Source: Candidatus Hydrogenedentota bacterium
GTDB taxonomy: Bacteria > Hydrogenedentota > Hydrogenedentia > Hydrogenedentales > SLHB01
Direction of reading: 5' to 3'
Assembly (NCBI GenBank): GCA_045863335.1
Contig: BTVY01000017.1
Span: 32,001-96,000 of the forward strand
DNA: 64,000 nt
How positions within the stretch are numbered: the stretch's first letter is position 1; every line of letters begins with the position of its first letter. The notes beneath the pieces are model-generated. The model worked only from the letters and a program-made list of their open reading frames with translations. It searched no databases and had not been told where the DNA came from. The position numbers were made by a program, and so were the translations under genes. This document shows positions 40,685-49,339 of this stretch, one piece after another.

Positions 40685-40855
40685 TCACTCCATCGACGCG
40701 GCGCCTTTCAGCCATCCCAATATACGTCGGCCAAAAAGGATTAACCCAATGACGAGTGGAATCGCGACGAGTGCAACGATCAAAATGGTAGACATTTCCG
40801 GAGCGCCTGTTTCGTCGCGGTGAAAGCGCCGAAATACTATCGCGAGGGTATTCAT
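40685..40855 (-). CDS. Flp-type pilin 2 (56 aa, absent from the ORF track)
   Basis: Hand translation MNTLAIVFRRFHRDETGAPEMSTILIVALVAIPLVIGLILFGRRILGWLKGAASME*; paralog of pilin 1. Confidence 0.85.
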   Translation of the reverse strand: MNTLAIVFRRFHRDETGAPEMSTILIVALVAIPLVIGLILFGRRILGWLKGAASME

Positions 40856-41376
40856 CGTCCCCGTCCTCGACTAGTCCCGCCGGAAACTTGCCAATCCCAC
40901 TCGTAACACGAAAGAATCCAGGCCAACCATTAGCGTTAGAAGAATGAATCGTAACTCTTTCCATTTTCGCACGTCGCCACCAAACGCGCCAAGTACGATC
41001 ACTGCTGGAAACTACCAGAACCAGCACCGCGAATCAATACCGCCCGTGTCCGGTCTTGCCCAATCTGTGCGATCGACGGAACTTCACGGGCACGAATTCC
41101 AGGGCCAAGTCCGGCGGCGGGGTCGGGCAGTCGGCACGGCGGTTGGGGATTCCGTAGGTAGCATCCGCACGAGCCCCGAATTTCCCTTCGGAATGAGGTG
41201 CGAGGAAATAGGGTCACGTCGCATCTGTCGGCCATTCGGCTGGGCGTTCGAATTAGCGGTGAACTCCTCCAACTTGCGTAAACGGAATAGCCGTGCCCTT
41301 GACAACCGATTGAATCGGGCGGGTGTCCAGGCTGTCTACAACGAGCGAAAATTGAGTATTCAGGACAGGTGGCTAA

Positions 41377-41404
41377 GAGATGTGGCACTTTGTGTGCCAC
41401 TTTT
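41377..41404 (+). repeat. 28-bp island-end repeat, copy 2
   Basis: Identical to 16025-16052. Confidence 0.85.
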
Positions 41405-41521
41405 CTTGATGAACATGCGTACCATCGCGTAGCATGTGGTGCAGAGTTGAAGAACGCCAAGTGGTTGGCGCTGCGCTCATTGCCTGGAATTCAGCGGGTT
41501 ACACGGGATCTCGATCCCGGC

Positions 41522-41567
41522 CTCATAACCCAAAGGTCGCAGGTTCGAATCCTGCCCCCGCTACCAT
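41522..41567 (+). repeat. attR core (displaced tRNA-fMet 3' half)
   Basis: Identical to 15924-15969; the tRNA 5' half is absent here. Confidence 0.95.
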
Positions 41568-41577
41568 GTGTCTTATA

Positions 41578-41616
41578 CGGCTGGACTTACGTAAAGCGAA
41601 AGTCCAGCCGTTTTTT
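41578..41616 (+). terminator. Intrinsic terminator after attR (probable original tRNA terminator)
   Basis: CGGCTGGACTT...AAGTCCAGCCG followed by TTTTTT. Confidence 0.8.
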
Positions 41617-41786
41617 ATTTTTGTAGCACACGCTGAATTCGTCAGGGCATTAGGTCGTTAGCGTGAAAGGCAAAGTGGTCGTCATACCTAATGTCGGCGG
41701 GACCTGGGTCACTGCGAGAAGACAAGGGGCATGACCTCTGAAAAGCGGTCCGCTTTTCGGGGCCTTCAATGCGTTATCTGCGCATA

Positions 41787-44030
41787 TCAAATCCCATCTG
41801 AGTCCTTTACCGCGAAGTAGAAACCCCATCCGCCCCCAAGCTGGTCAATTTTGAGTAGTACGGAGTTCGTGCCTTTCTTAAGAGCCAGGCTCACCGTTTC
41901 GTCACCGGGTCGCGCGGTACGACTAGCCTTCGAAGCCAGAAGCAAATCACCGTTCAACCACAACTTGACGCCGTCGTTTGACCCTAGCTCCACGGTCATC
42001 TCGGTGTCCGCGTCGGCCTCATACTCACGATATGCGTAGGCAACGCCTTCCTCGACACCCGGCATGAGTTCCGTCAGATCAACGTAGCCGATACGGCCGT
42101 TCTTAGTGACGGTCCATCGCAACTCCCGTCCACCAATGCCGGCGCACGTCATTTCGGTACGGAATTCCTTCTCCGGCGGGTAGGCCGTGTCGAATCCGCT
42201 ACGGTCCAGGTTGTCGAATGGACCCATGATCTGCCAATCCGTGACGTATGTGGGCGCGTTTGCAGCGCTCTGGATGAATTCCGCGATTTCGTCCTTATCG
42301 CCCTGTTCACTCAACTGGGTGATTTCGTGTTCTTCGACGATGCGTGCGAACGCTTCAAGCACTATCGGCATTTCTGAGGGGTCGAGATACGCGGTACCCC
42401 CTATGGTGAAGAAGTAGAGTCGCGTGTAGTGAATCGGTAGGTGGGCGAGTTCCACACGTTTCAGCAAGGCCGCATCTCCCTGGCACGCCGCTTCCGCCCT
42501 GCGAAACAGGTCTTCGGCGCGCTCCAGAAACTCGGGGGTGAGAAACTCCATCTCGTACGGCGGCGAGAAGATGCTGAACTTTATCTCCTTCGGTTTGACG
42601 GCGTCGTGGGCCATTCGTATGTACTCGGCGATATAAGGAGCCGCCGGCCCGTAGACATTCTCAACGTACTCGTTGATCAAGGACCATCCATCTTGACGGG
42701 GATCCCACATGAGTTGCGCGAAGACCCAGGCGCGCAAGCTCGAAAACTCGCCGCCGCCATGGGCGCGGACGTTATTGCCCTGCGCGAACAGGCCGATGCA
42801 GTTCCGATCTGCGTAGAAACGCGGATGGTTTACGACGGATTCGAAATTCGGATAAGGAACGAGATAATGGCGCAAATCCGTGAAGTAGTCCCAGATCGTG
42901 ATGGAGTCCGTAATCTTGCTCCACCTTTCGAGTCGCTCCACAAAGGGCAGATGATCGTGGCACTGCCCGATGGCGTGGGCTTGACAGTACTCATAGTGGC
43001 ACAATCGAACGGTTACGTTCGGACGGGGCCGAATAGTCTTCGGGGGCGCCTCTGAGTAGACGTACGCGAAGGTTTGCAGGCGTACGTCCGGGTGCCGCTC
43101 GGCAACGACGTCGGCAATCTGGTTCACGAAATGCAGGATGGTTCCTGCGTGACTTTCTTCGGCCGCATCGAGCGCCGCACAGGACTCGCACTCGCAGTAC
43201 CCGTACCCGTCGTTCTGGTCTACGGAAAACACGTTCACTTCAGGATGCTCCGCGATCCAGTTCAAAACGCTGTCCGTGGCGATCCGCACCACCTCCGGGT
43301 TGGTCAGGCATAGTTGCGCTCCGGTGTGTTTTCCCTGCCGCTCTCCGTCCACCAATGAGAAGTATTCGGGGTGTTCCTCGAAGTAGCGATCGACCGGCAC
43401 CAGGTTGTTGAATGTGTGCGCAAAGGGATAGATGATGAAACTGCCGCCCTTGTCTTCGGGGATTGGAACCATGGACGGATTCAGCCGGTTATGCACGGCG
43501 AACTCTGTATCGTAGGCTTCCCGGTACCACGGTTCACGGTACGCGAAAGCGGGGGATTGACGATCGGGCAGTCCGTCCACCTGCAGAGTCGGCTGTTTCG
43601 GAATCTTCGAGAACATTGGGGTATACCAACGGCAGCCGAAGTGGTCGCGGAGCAAGCCCACCACCCCGTACAACGTCCCTCGTGGGGCCCCTCCCGCGAC
43701 AAGCAGCGCGTCGCCAACGCGCTGGATGATGTACTCTTCCGGGCCGAAGGACGCCGGGGTCAAATCGCCGAGCACCGCCGGTGGCACGTCCTGGAAACCG
43801 ACGTAGATCACCTTCGCACCGGCGGCGACGGTCTGGACGATAGGCAGCTCGCAGTCGCTGATCTGCGCGATGTACTTCTGGAGTTCCCGCGCGGCAAACT
43901 GCTCCGTCTCGGTCGCTACGGTCGACGCATGAATCACGTAGTCGCTTTGTCCATTCTCCACGAGTTGCGCCGAGGTGCAAAGGCCGGTCGCCCACAAAAG
44001 AACTGCGAGGCATGTGGATTTAGATTTCAT
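41787..44030 (-). CDS. DUF4838 domain-containing exported protein (glycoside hydrolase-like)
   Basis: GH67-N-like start (FAARELQKYI, RGTLYGV), HPEYFSLVDG, QLCLTNPEV, NDGYGYCECESC; C-terminal beta-sandwich. Confidence 0.85.
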   Translation of the reverse strand: MKSKSTCLAVLLWATGLCTSAQLVENGQSDYVIHASTVATETEQFAARELQKYIAQISDCELPIVQTVAAGAKVIYVGFQDVPPAVLGDLTPASFGPEEYIIQRVGDALLVAGGAPRGTLYGVVGLLRDHFGCRWYTPMFSKIPKQPTLQVDGLPDRQSPAFAYREPWYREAYDTEFAVHNRLNPSMVPIPEDKGGSFIIYPFAHTFNNLVPVDRYFEEHPEYFSLVDGERQGKHTGAQLCLTNPEVVRIATDSVLNWIAEHPEVNVFSVDQNDGYGYCECESCAALDAAEESHAGTILHFVNQIADVVAERHPDVRLQTFAYVYSEAPPKTIRPRPNVTVRLCHYEYCQAHAIGQCHDHLPFVERLERWSKITDSITIWDYFTDLRHYLVPYPNFESVVNHPRFYADRNCIGLFAQGNNVRAHGGGEFSSLRAWVFAQLMWDPRQDGWSLINEYVENVYGPAAPYIAEYIRMAHDAVKPKEIKFSIFSPPYEMEFLTPEFLERAEDLFRRAEAACQGDAALLKRVELAHLPIHYTRLYFFTIGGTAYLDPSEMPIVLEAFARIVEEHEITQLSEQGDKDEIAEFIQSAANAPTYVTDWQIMGPFDNLDRSGFDTAYPPEKEFRTEMTCAGIGGRELRWTVTKNGRIGYVDLTELMPGVEEGVAYAYREYEADADTEMTVELGSNDGVKLWLNGDLLLASKASRTARPGDETVSLALKKGTNSVLLKIDQLGGGWGFYFAVKDSDGI

Positions 44031-44280
44031 TGGTCCCCCTGATAAAACGTCGTGTATGTGGGCAAGCCACGATACAAGCTACTCCTGGTGAGCCAAGTAT
44101 ACGATCCCAGCCGGCGCAGGCTGCAAACATCCAATGACCGCGTGGCGGCGCCGCGAAGAATGACCGGACCCGGTGGTTTCAGCTACACTAGGTACGTTGA
44201 TCGAAACACGGTCGCATCAGGTGCGGGAATGTTGGATTCTGCGTTCGTTGCGGCTTTAGCTGCCGGGAGTTATCGACGCC

Positions 44281-46035
44281 ATGGGGGAACAAGACGTGCG
44301 TGTTGTGACGAGCAGATTGGCCTTCCTGAAACCAGCATTATTCTTGGCTGCGACCTTGGCATGCGTCCTGTCATCGCTTGCTGCCTTCGCATACGAGCCC
44401 GGCGGCCCTGAGGACCAGGGCTACGTAATCAGCGAGGAAGACCGGGCGAAGATTGAATCAGCCTTGCCGGAAAAGGCGCCCGTGCCGCCCAAGGAGGCGA
44501 GGAAGTTGCTCATCTTCGACGTCAACGTCGTTTACGGCGGCCATCCTTCACGGTTCTATGCGAATTTGGCGTTCCAGGAGATGAGCAAGAAGACCGGCGC
44601 ATTCGACGTGGTGATCAGCCGTGACCCATCGGTCTTCGAGAAAGAAAACCTGGCCGAATTCGACGCCGTCTTTCTCAACAACGCCGTGGGAAACCAGTTC
44701 GAGGATCCGGCCCTCCGGCAGAATCTAATTGAGTTTGTCTATGGCGGCGGGGGACTCATGGGCGTGCATGGTACGTCGGTTGCCTTCTGGAACTGGGGTC
44801 CCGAGGGTGGCGACGACTGGCAGGAGTTTGGGCGTATGCTGGGCGGAAGGGGCGCGAACCATCGCGACGCCCAGGAACGGGCCTATATAAAAGTGGATTC
44901 GCCCGGCCACCCTCTCATGGCGCCGTTTCCGGACGAGGGTTTCGAACTGAGCGACGAGTTCTTTCGTGTCGGCGATCCGTACTCCCGAGACCGGGTGCGC
45001 GTGCTCTTCAGTATCGACGTCGACAAGACCGACCTCAGCGCGAAGCCGCACGAACGGGAAGACCAGGACTACGCCGCAGCGTGGGTGCGTCACTACGGCC
45101 GCGGACGCGTGTTCTATTCGACCGTCGCCCACAATCCGTACCAGTTTTGGGACCCCGCGATGCTGCAATTCTACTTGGGCGCGGCCCAGTTTGTCCTCGG
45201 CGATCTGTCCGCGCCGACTATTCCCAGCGCCCGCCTGACGCCGGCCATCGAGGCGCAGGAACAGCTCGGATGGCGGCTGGGCATCGTTGCCTATACGTTC
45301 CACCGGTATACGTTGTTCGAGACCATCGAGAAGACCGATCAGCTGGGATTGGCTTACTTGGGAGGTCTGGATTTCCAGAAGGTCAGCGCGGACATCGACA
45401 AGAACTTCAACGCGGATCTGAGCGATGAGGAACTGAAGGCGATCCGCCTGAAGCTGGATGATGCGGGCGTGCGCATGCTGACCTGTTTCTACTCCGTCAT
45501 CCCGGGGGACGAGGAAGGCTGCCGCAAGGTCTTCGAGTTCGCGCGGAAGATGGGTATCGAAACCCTCATCTCGGAACCGCCGCTCGAGGCGTTAGATATG
45601 ATCGAGCGTTTTTGCAACGAGTACGACATCGACCTTGCCATCCACAACCATGATCAGAAGGCGTCTCCCCATTACTGGAGCCCCGAGGCGGTCATGCAGG
45701 TCTGCGAAGGCCGCGGTCCCCACATCGGGGTGTGCGCCGACATGGGGTATTGGATGCGGAGCGGCATCGACCCCGTCGCCGCGGTCGGCACGATCGGGCA
45801 CCGTCTGTTTGAGGTCCAGATGCATGACCTGAATGAACTGAGCGCGGACGGCCATGACGTGCCCTGGGGAACAGGTGTCGGCCGCGTACGGGAGTTTCTG
45901 GAGGAGGTTCACCGCCTGGGGATCAAGCCCAAGATGTTCGGATTGGAGTATTCCTACGATTGGCTGGATTCCATGCCGGAAGTCGAGCAATCGGCACGGT
46001 TCTTTGACGAGGTAACGCTGGACCTGGTGAAGTAG
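44281..46035 (+). CDS. ThuA-like domain + sugar-phosphate isomerase/epimerase TIM barrel fusion
   Basis: GGGLMGVH, DEFF, YGRGRVFYST; then AYTFHRYT, AIHNH, CADMGYW, MHDL, LEY. Confidence 0.88.
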   Translation: MGEQDVRVVTSRLAFLKPALFLAATLACVLSSLAAFAYEPGGPEDQGYVISEEDRAKIESALPEKAPVPPKEARKLLIFDVNVVYGGHPSRFYANLAFQEMSKKTGAFDVVISRDPSVFEKENLAEFDAVFLNNAVGNQFEDPALRQNLIEFVYGGGGLMGVHGTSVAFWNWGPEGGDDWQEFGRMLGGRGANHRDAQERAYIKVDSPGHPLMAPFPDEGFELSDEFFRVGDPYSRDRVRVLFSIDVDKTDLSAKPHEREDQDYAAAWVRHYGRGRVFYSTVAHNPYQFWDPAMLQFYLGAAQFVLGDLSAPTIPSARLTPAIEAQEQLGWRLGIVAYTFHRYTLFETIEKTDQLGLAYLGGLDFQKVSADIDKNFNADLSDEELKAIRLKLDDAGVRMLTCFYSVIPGDEEGCRKVFEFARKMGIETLISEPPLEALDMIERFCNEYDIDLAIHNHDQKASPHYWSPEAVMQVCEGRGPHIGVCADMGYWMRSGIDPVAAVGTIGHRLFEVQMHDLNELSADGHDVPWGTGVGRVREFLEEVHRLGIKPKMFGLEYSYDWLDSMPEVEQSARFFDEVTLDLVK

Positions 46036-46084
46036 TGGTACCTGTACTTCGGCAGTTAGCTTCCAATGAGGGGGATGCGACGTC

Positions 46085-46573
46085 GTGGATGAGTTGATTG
46101 CAGCGCTTAAGACGTATGATTGGGGCGGCGACCGGGGGGCCTTGGCCGGCATCGATCAGCGAATTGTCGATGCGCGTGGCGCCAAGAAGGAGTTGGCCGA
46201 CATCGAACAAGCCTTGCTCGAGGTCCTGCAATCCGATGCGAAACTTCCTGCGAAAGAGTACATCTGCCGCCAACTGGCCCTGATTGGCAGTGATCGAAGT
46301 GTTCCCGTGCTTTCCGAAATGCTCATCGATCCGGCACTGTCGGATTGTGCGCGCATGGCGCTCGAGGCAATTCCGGATCCCTCGGCAGGCAAAGCCCTGC
46401 GGCGCGCGTTGGACAAGGCCGATGGCGTTCAACGCGTCGGAATTGTCAATGCCTTGGGCGAGCGCCGCGACCGGAAGTCCATTCCCATGCTTTCAAAAAT
46501 GCGAAACAGCCCGGATTCGACGTTGTCCGCGGCTGCCGACGCCGCACTACGGAAAATCGAGGCTGGCAATTAG
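46085..46573 (+). CDS. HEAT-repeat protein
   Basis: CRQLALIGSDRSVPVL, ARMALEAIP, IVNALGERRD. Confidence 0.85.
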   Translation: MDELIAALKTYDWGGDRGALAGIDQRIVDARGAKKELADIEQALLEVLQSDAKLPAKEYICRQLALIGSDRSVPVLSEMLIDPALSDCARMALEAIPDPSAGKALRRALDKADGVQRVGIVNALGERRDRKSIPMLSKMRNSPDSTLSAAADAALRKIEAGN

Positions 46574-46626
46574 AAGGGGGCGCGCCGATTGAAGCATCCG
46601 ATCGTGTGCTGCCGCGGAGATGAGCA

Positions 46627-48078
46627 GTGACAAGAAGCATTGGAAAAAATGAGGTAGTCAGTCGCCGCACTTTCATGCGGCAGACCGCCGCTGTGACGGG
46701 CGCCATTGCCGCGCCGATGATTATCCCGGCTTCCGCACGGGGTGCCGACGGACATGTAGCCCCAAGCAATCGGATCACAATGGGGCAGATTGGGCGCGGG
46801 ATCATGGGGCGGGGGCATGTAAACCATCTCGCGCAGAACCCATCGGTCGAGGTTCTCGCACTCTGCGACGTGGATCGGACCCGGCTCGATGAGGGCGTGG
46901 CGCAGGTCGCGGCTCACTACGCCGAACGCGCCGCGACTGGGACCTATCGCGGCTGCGAGGCCTATAACGACTATCGCGAATTGCTGGCCCGCGAAGACAT
47001 CGACGCCGTACTTATCGCTACCCCGGACCATTGGCATACACCCCTGTCCATTCATGCCGCGGAATCCGGCAAAGATGTGTACTGCGAGAAGCCGATATCC
47101 ATCAACGTTGACGAAGGCCGCCAACTCGTCGAAACCATGCATCGCCATGGTCGCGTCTTCCAGAATGGGAGCCAGTACCGGACGAACCCCGCCATTCGAC
47201 GGGCCTGCGACTTCATCCGCAATGGCGGACTGGGCAAGATAACAGCCGCGTTCACCCTATGGCGTCCCATCGGGGAGTCGATCGGAAGCGGACGTTTTCA
47301 ACCTTACGCCGCGTGTGTGAACGCTGCGGTCATGGGCCGCTACTATACGACGCTGGACTTCGCTCTGCCGGGCGAGCCCGTGCCGGAAGGGCTGGATTGG
47401 GATCTATGGGTAGGACCAGCGCCATGGCGTCCCTATAACTCGCTCTACCACGTCAATCCCATGCCGGGAGTCGTGCCATGGTCGTTCTGCGAAGACTTTG
47501 GCGTAGGGCCATCCACCTGGTATCACTCGCACGCGGCGGATGTGCTCCAGTACGCCCTTGGATATGAAGAGAGCGGCCCCGTCGAGTTCATTCACCCCAG
47601 CAGCAACGAATTCCCGACTCTTACGTACCGGTATGCTGACGGCACATTGCTCCATTTGGTGGACGGATGGGGCCAGGTCAAGGAACTGTATGGCGCCGTG
47701 CCGGAAGAGGCCCGGCTGGATGGAAACTTCGGCGGCGTCGTCGTGGGCGAGCGAGGCTGGCTCACCACCATGTCGGACAACCCGGGAATCACGGGCGGTC
47801 CCGAGGATCTCATGGCCGAGTACAACTCCCCGGCGCACGATGTCGACCTTGGCGGCAAAGACCATCATGCCAATTGGATCGAGTGCATCAAGACGCGTGA
47901 GAAGCCCCACTCTCATGAAGAAATCGGACATCGCGCGGCCTCGCTGGGGCACCTGTCAATGATCGCGTACAAGCTGGGCCGCTCGCTACAGTGGGACCCT
48001 GCCCGGGAAGTGTTTCCAAAAGACGAACAGGCAAATCGTCTGTTGCGACGCGCCAAACGCGCCCCTTGGCATACCTGA
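46627..48078 (+). CDS. Gfo/Idh/MocA family oxidoreductase (Tat)
   Basis: SRRTFM, IGRGIMG, ATPDHWH, DVYCEKP. Confidence 0.93.
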   Translation: MTRSIGKNEVVSRRTFMRQTAAVTGAIAAPMIIPASARGADGHVAPSNRITMGQIGRGIMGRGHVNHLAQNPSVEVLALCDVDRTRLDEGVAQVAAHYAERAATGTYRGCEAYNDYRELLAREDIDAVLIATPDHWHTPLSIHAAESGKDVYCEKPISINVDEGRQLVETMHRHGRVFQNGSQYRTNPAIRRACDFIRNGGLGKITAAFTLWRPIGESIGSGRFQPYAACVNAAVMGRYYTTLDFALPGEPVPEGLDWDLWVGPAPWRPYNSLYHVNPMPGVVPWSFCEDFGVGPSTWYHSHAADVLQYALGYEESGPVEFIHPSSNEFPTLTYRYADGTLLHLVDGWGQVKELYGAVPEEARLDGNFGGVVVGERGWLTTMSDNPGITGGPEDLMAEYNSPAHDVDLGGKDHHANWIECIKTREKPHSHEEIGHRAASLGHLSMIAYKLGRSLQWDPAREVFPKDEQANRLLRRAKRAPWHT

Positions 48079-48265
48079 GAAACATCAAACTTTCGGCGTC
48101 ATTACCAGACGAGGGGTACGCGGACGCGCAGGTCTTTGACGTACGACGGCGGGCCACGCGTTTGTGCACGGCAACGTAAAGATGGCACCATAGCATTTCC
48201 GCCCGTCTTGGGTGCGGAGTTTCAACGGCCTTCGGGGGAAGGCCGGTTTAGTTGGGGGTAGCAGT

Positions 48266-49198
48266 ATGTCTTGTTCGCGTTCCCGCGGTTTCACATTGAT
48301 CGAATTACTCGTGGTCATTGCCATCATCGGAATTCTGTCCGCGATTCTATTGCCCGCATTGGCTCGCGCACGGGAAGCCGCGCGCAGGGCGGTCTGTCAG
48401 AACAACCTCAAACAGATGGGGCTCGTCTTCAAGATGTATGCGTCGGAATCGCGGGGATCAACATTTCCCCCGCGGCAGATTCTGGACGTCCATGGCAACC
48501 TCTCCGACACAATGATATTCAATGGTCCCTCCGTCATGCCGGAGTATTTGACGGATGTAAACGTCGTGTGGTGTCCCTCGTGGGTTGGGGCGGGCGCAAC
48601 ACCGGTGGAGCGGTACGACCAGGGCGTGCGCGCCAACGGAACTCCCATGGGCAACCAGAATGGGAGCGTGGAGCCGGAAGAACTGTTGAAGGCTCCTTAC
48701 AACTACACGGGATGGCTATTCATCGAGTCGATGAACTTCCTGGGTTTCGACCTCGTGGGCGTTCCGGGAAGTGGAATCAACGGAAGGTACGAAGGCAGCG
48801 ACTGGGACGGTACCCCACTGGGAGAACTGGGCGCCGCAAATGCGGCGTCTGGAGACGGCCATGTCTCCGATGAGGATTTCACCGTTTCGGCCGCGAACGC
48901 TGGGACCCAGGCCGGTGGCGGGGACGTGATACTTCGTTTGCGCGAAGGCATCGAGCGATTTCTGATAACCGACATCAACAATCCCGCGTCTGGATCGCAC
49001 GCACAGAGCGACGTTCCCATCATGTGGGATCACCTCACCCCTCAAATCATGGGGTCGTGCCACGTCCCGGCTGGCATGAATGTGTTGTATATGGACGGCC
49101 ACGTACGGTTCGAAAAGTACTTGGGCGCGGACAAGCCCTGGATGATTACGATAGACGGGCCGCGCATCATGGGCCGGTACGATCGGGAATTCCGGTAG
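48266..49198 (+). CDS. Prepilin-type N-terminal cleavage / DUF1559 protein with H-X9-DG motif
   Basis: [45 protein letters not shown]. Confidence 0.93.
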   Translation: MSCSRSRGFTLIELLVVIAIIGILSAILLPALARAREAARRAVCQNNLKQMGLVFKMYASESRGSTFPPRQILDVHGNLSDTMIFNGPSVMPEYLTDVNVVWCPSWVGAGATPVERYDQGVRANGTPMGNQNGSVEPEELLKAPYNYTGWLFIESMNFLGFDLVGVPGSGINGRYEGSDWDGTPLGELGAANAASGDGHVSDEDFTVSAANAGTQAGGGDVILRLREGIERFLITDINNPASGSHAQSDVPIMWDHLTPQIMGSCHVPAGMNVLYMDGHVRFEKYLGADKPWMITIDGPRIMGRYDREFR

Positions 49199-49339
49199 GC
49201 GTCCCATGATCGCATTGGCTACGGTCAGATTTCGGTCAGAAGTTTCCTCCCCTCGATTCGGTTTGCGTGTCGTTACTGCCGAGCGTCCATGCCCCCGCAG
49301 GCGCGGCGATGGTATGTCCCCCTTGCGAAGGAGCGAAGT

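Noticed and set aside
40856-41376. c-di-GMP riboswitch or coding gene upstream of the pilins
   Set aside because: I found no GGCAAA...GAAA...GACGCAAAG-type consensus on either strand, and the ORFs here lack an RBS or recognisable motifs.
41522-41567. Second tRNA-Met gene
   Set aside because: Only the anticodon loop to CCA is present; the 5' acceptor strand and D-arm are missing. It is attR.
48266-49198. DUF1559 prepilin as part of the Tad island system
   Set aside because: It lies outside attR, has a GFTLIE (type IVa/T2SS-like) leader and belongs to a large host paralog family.
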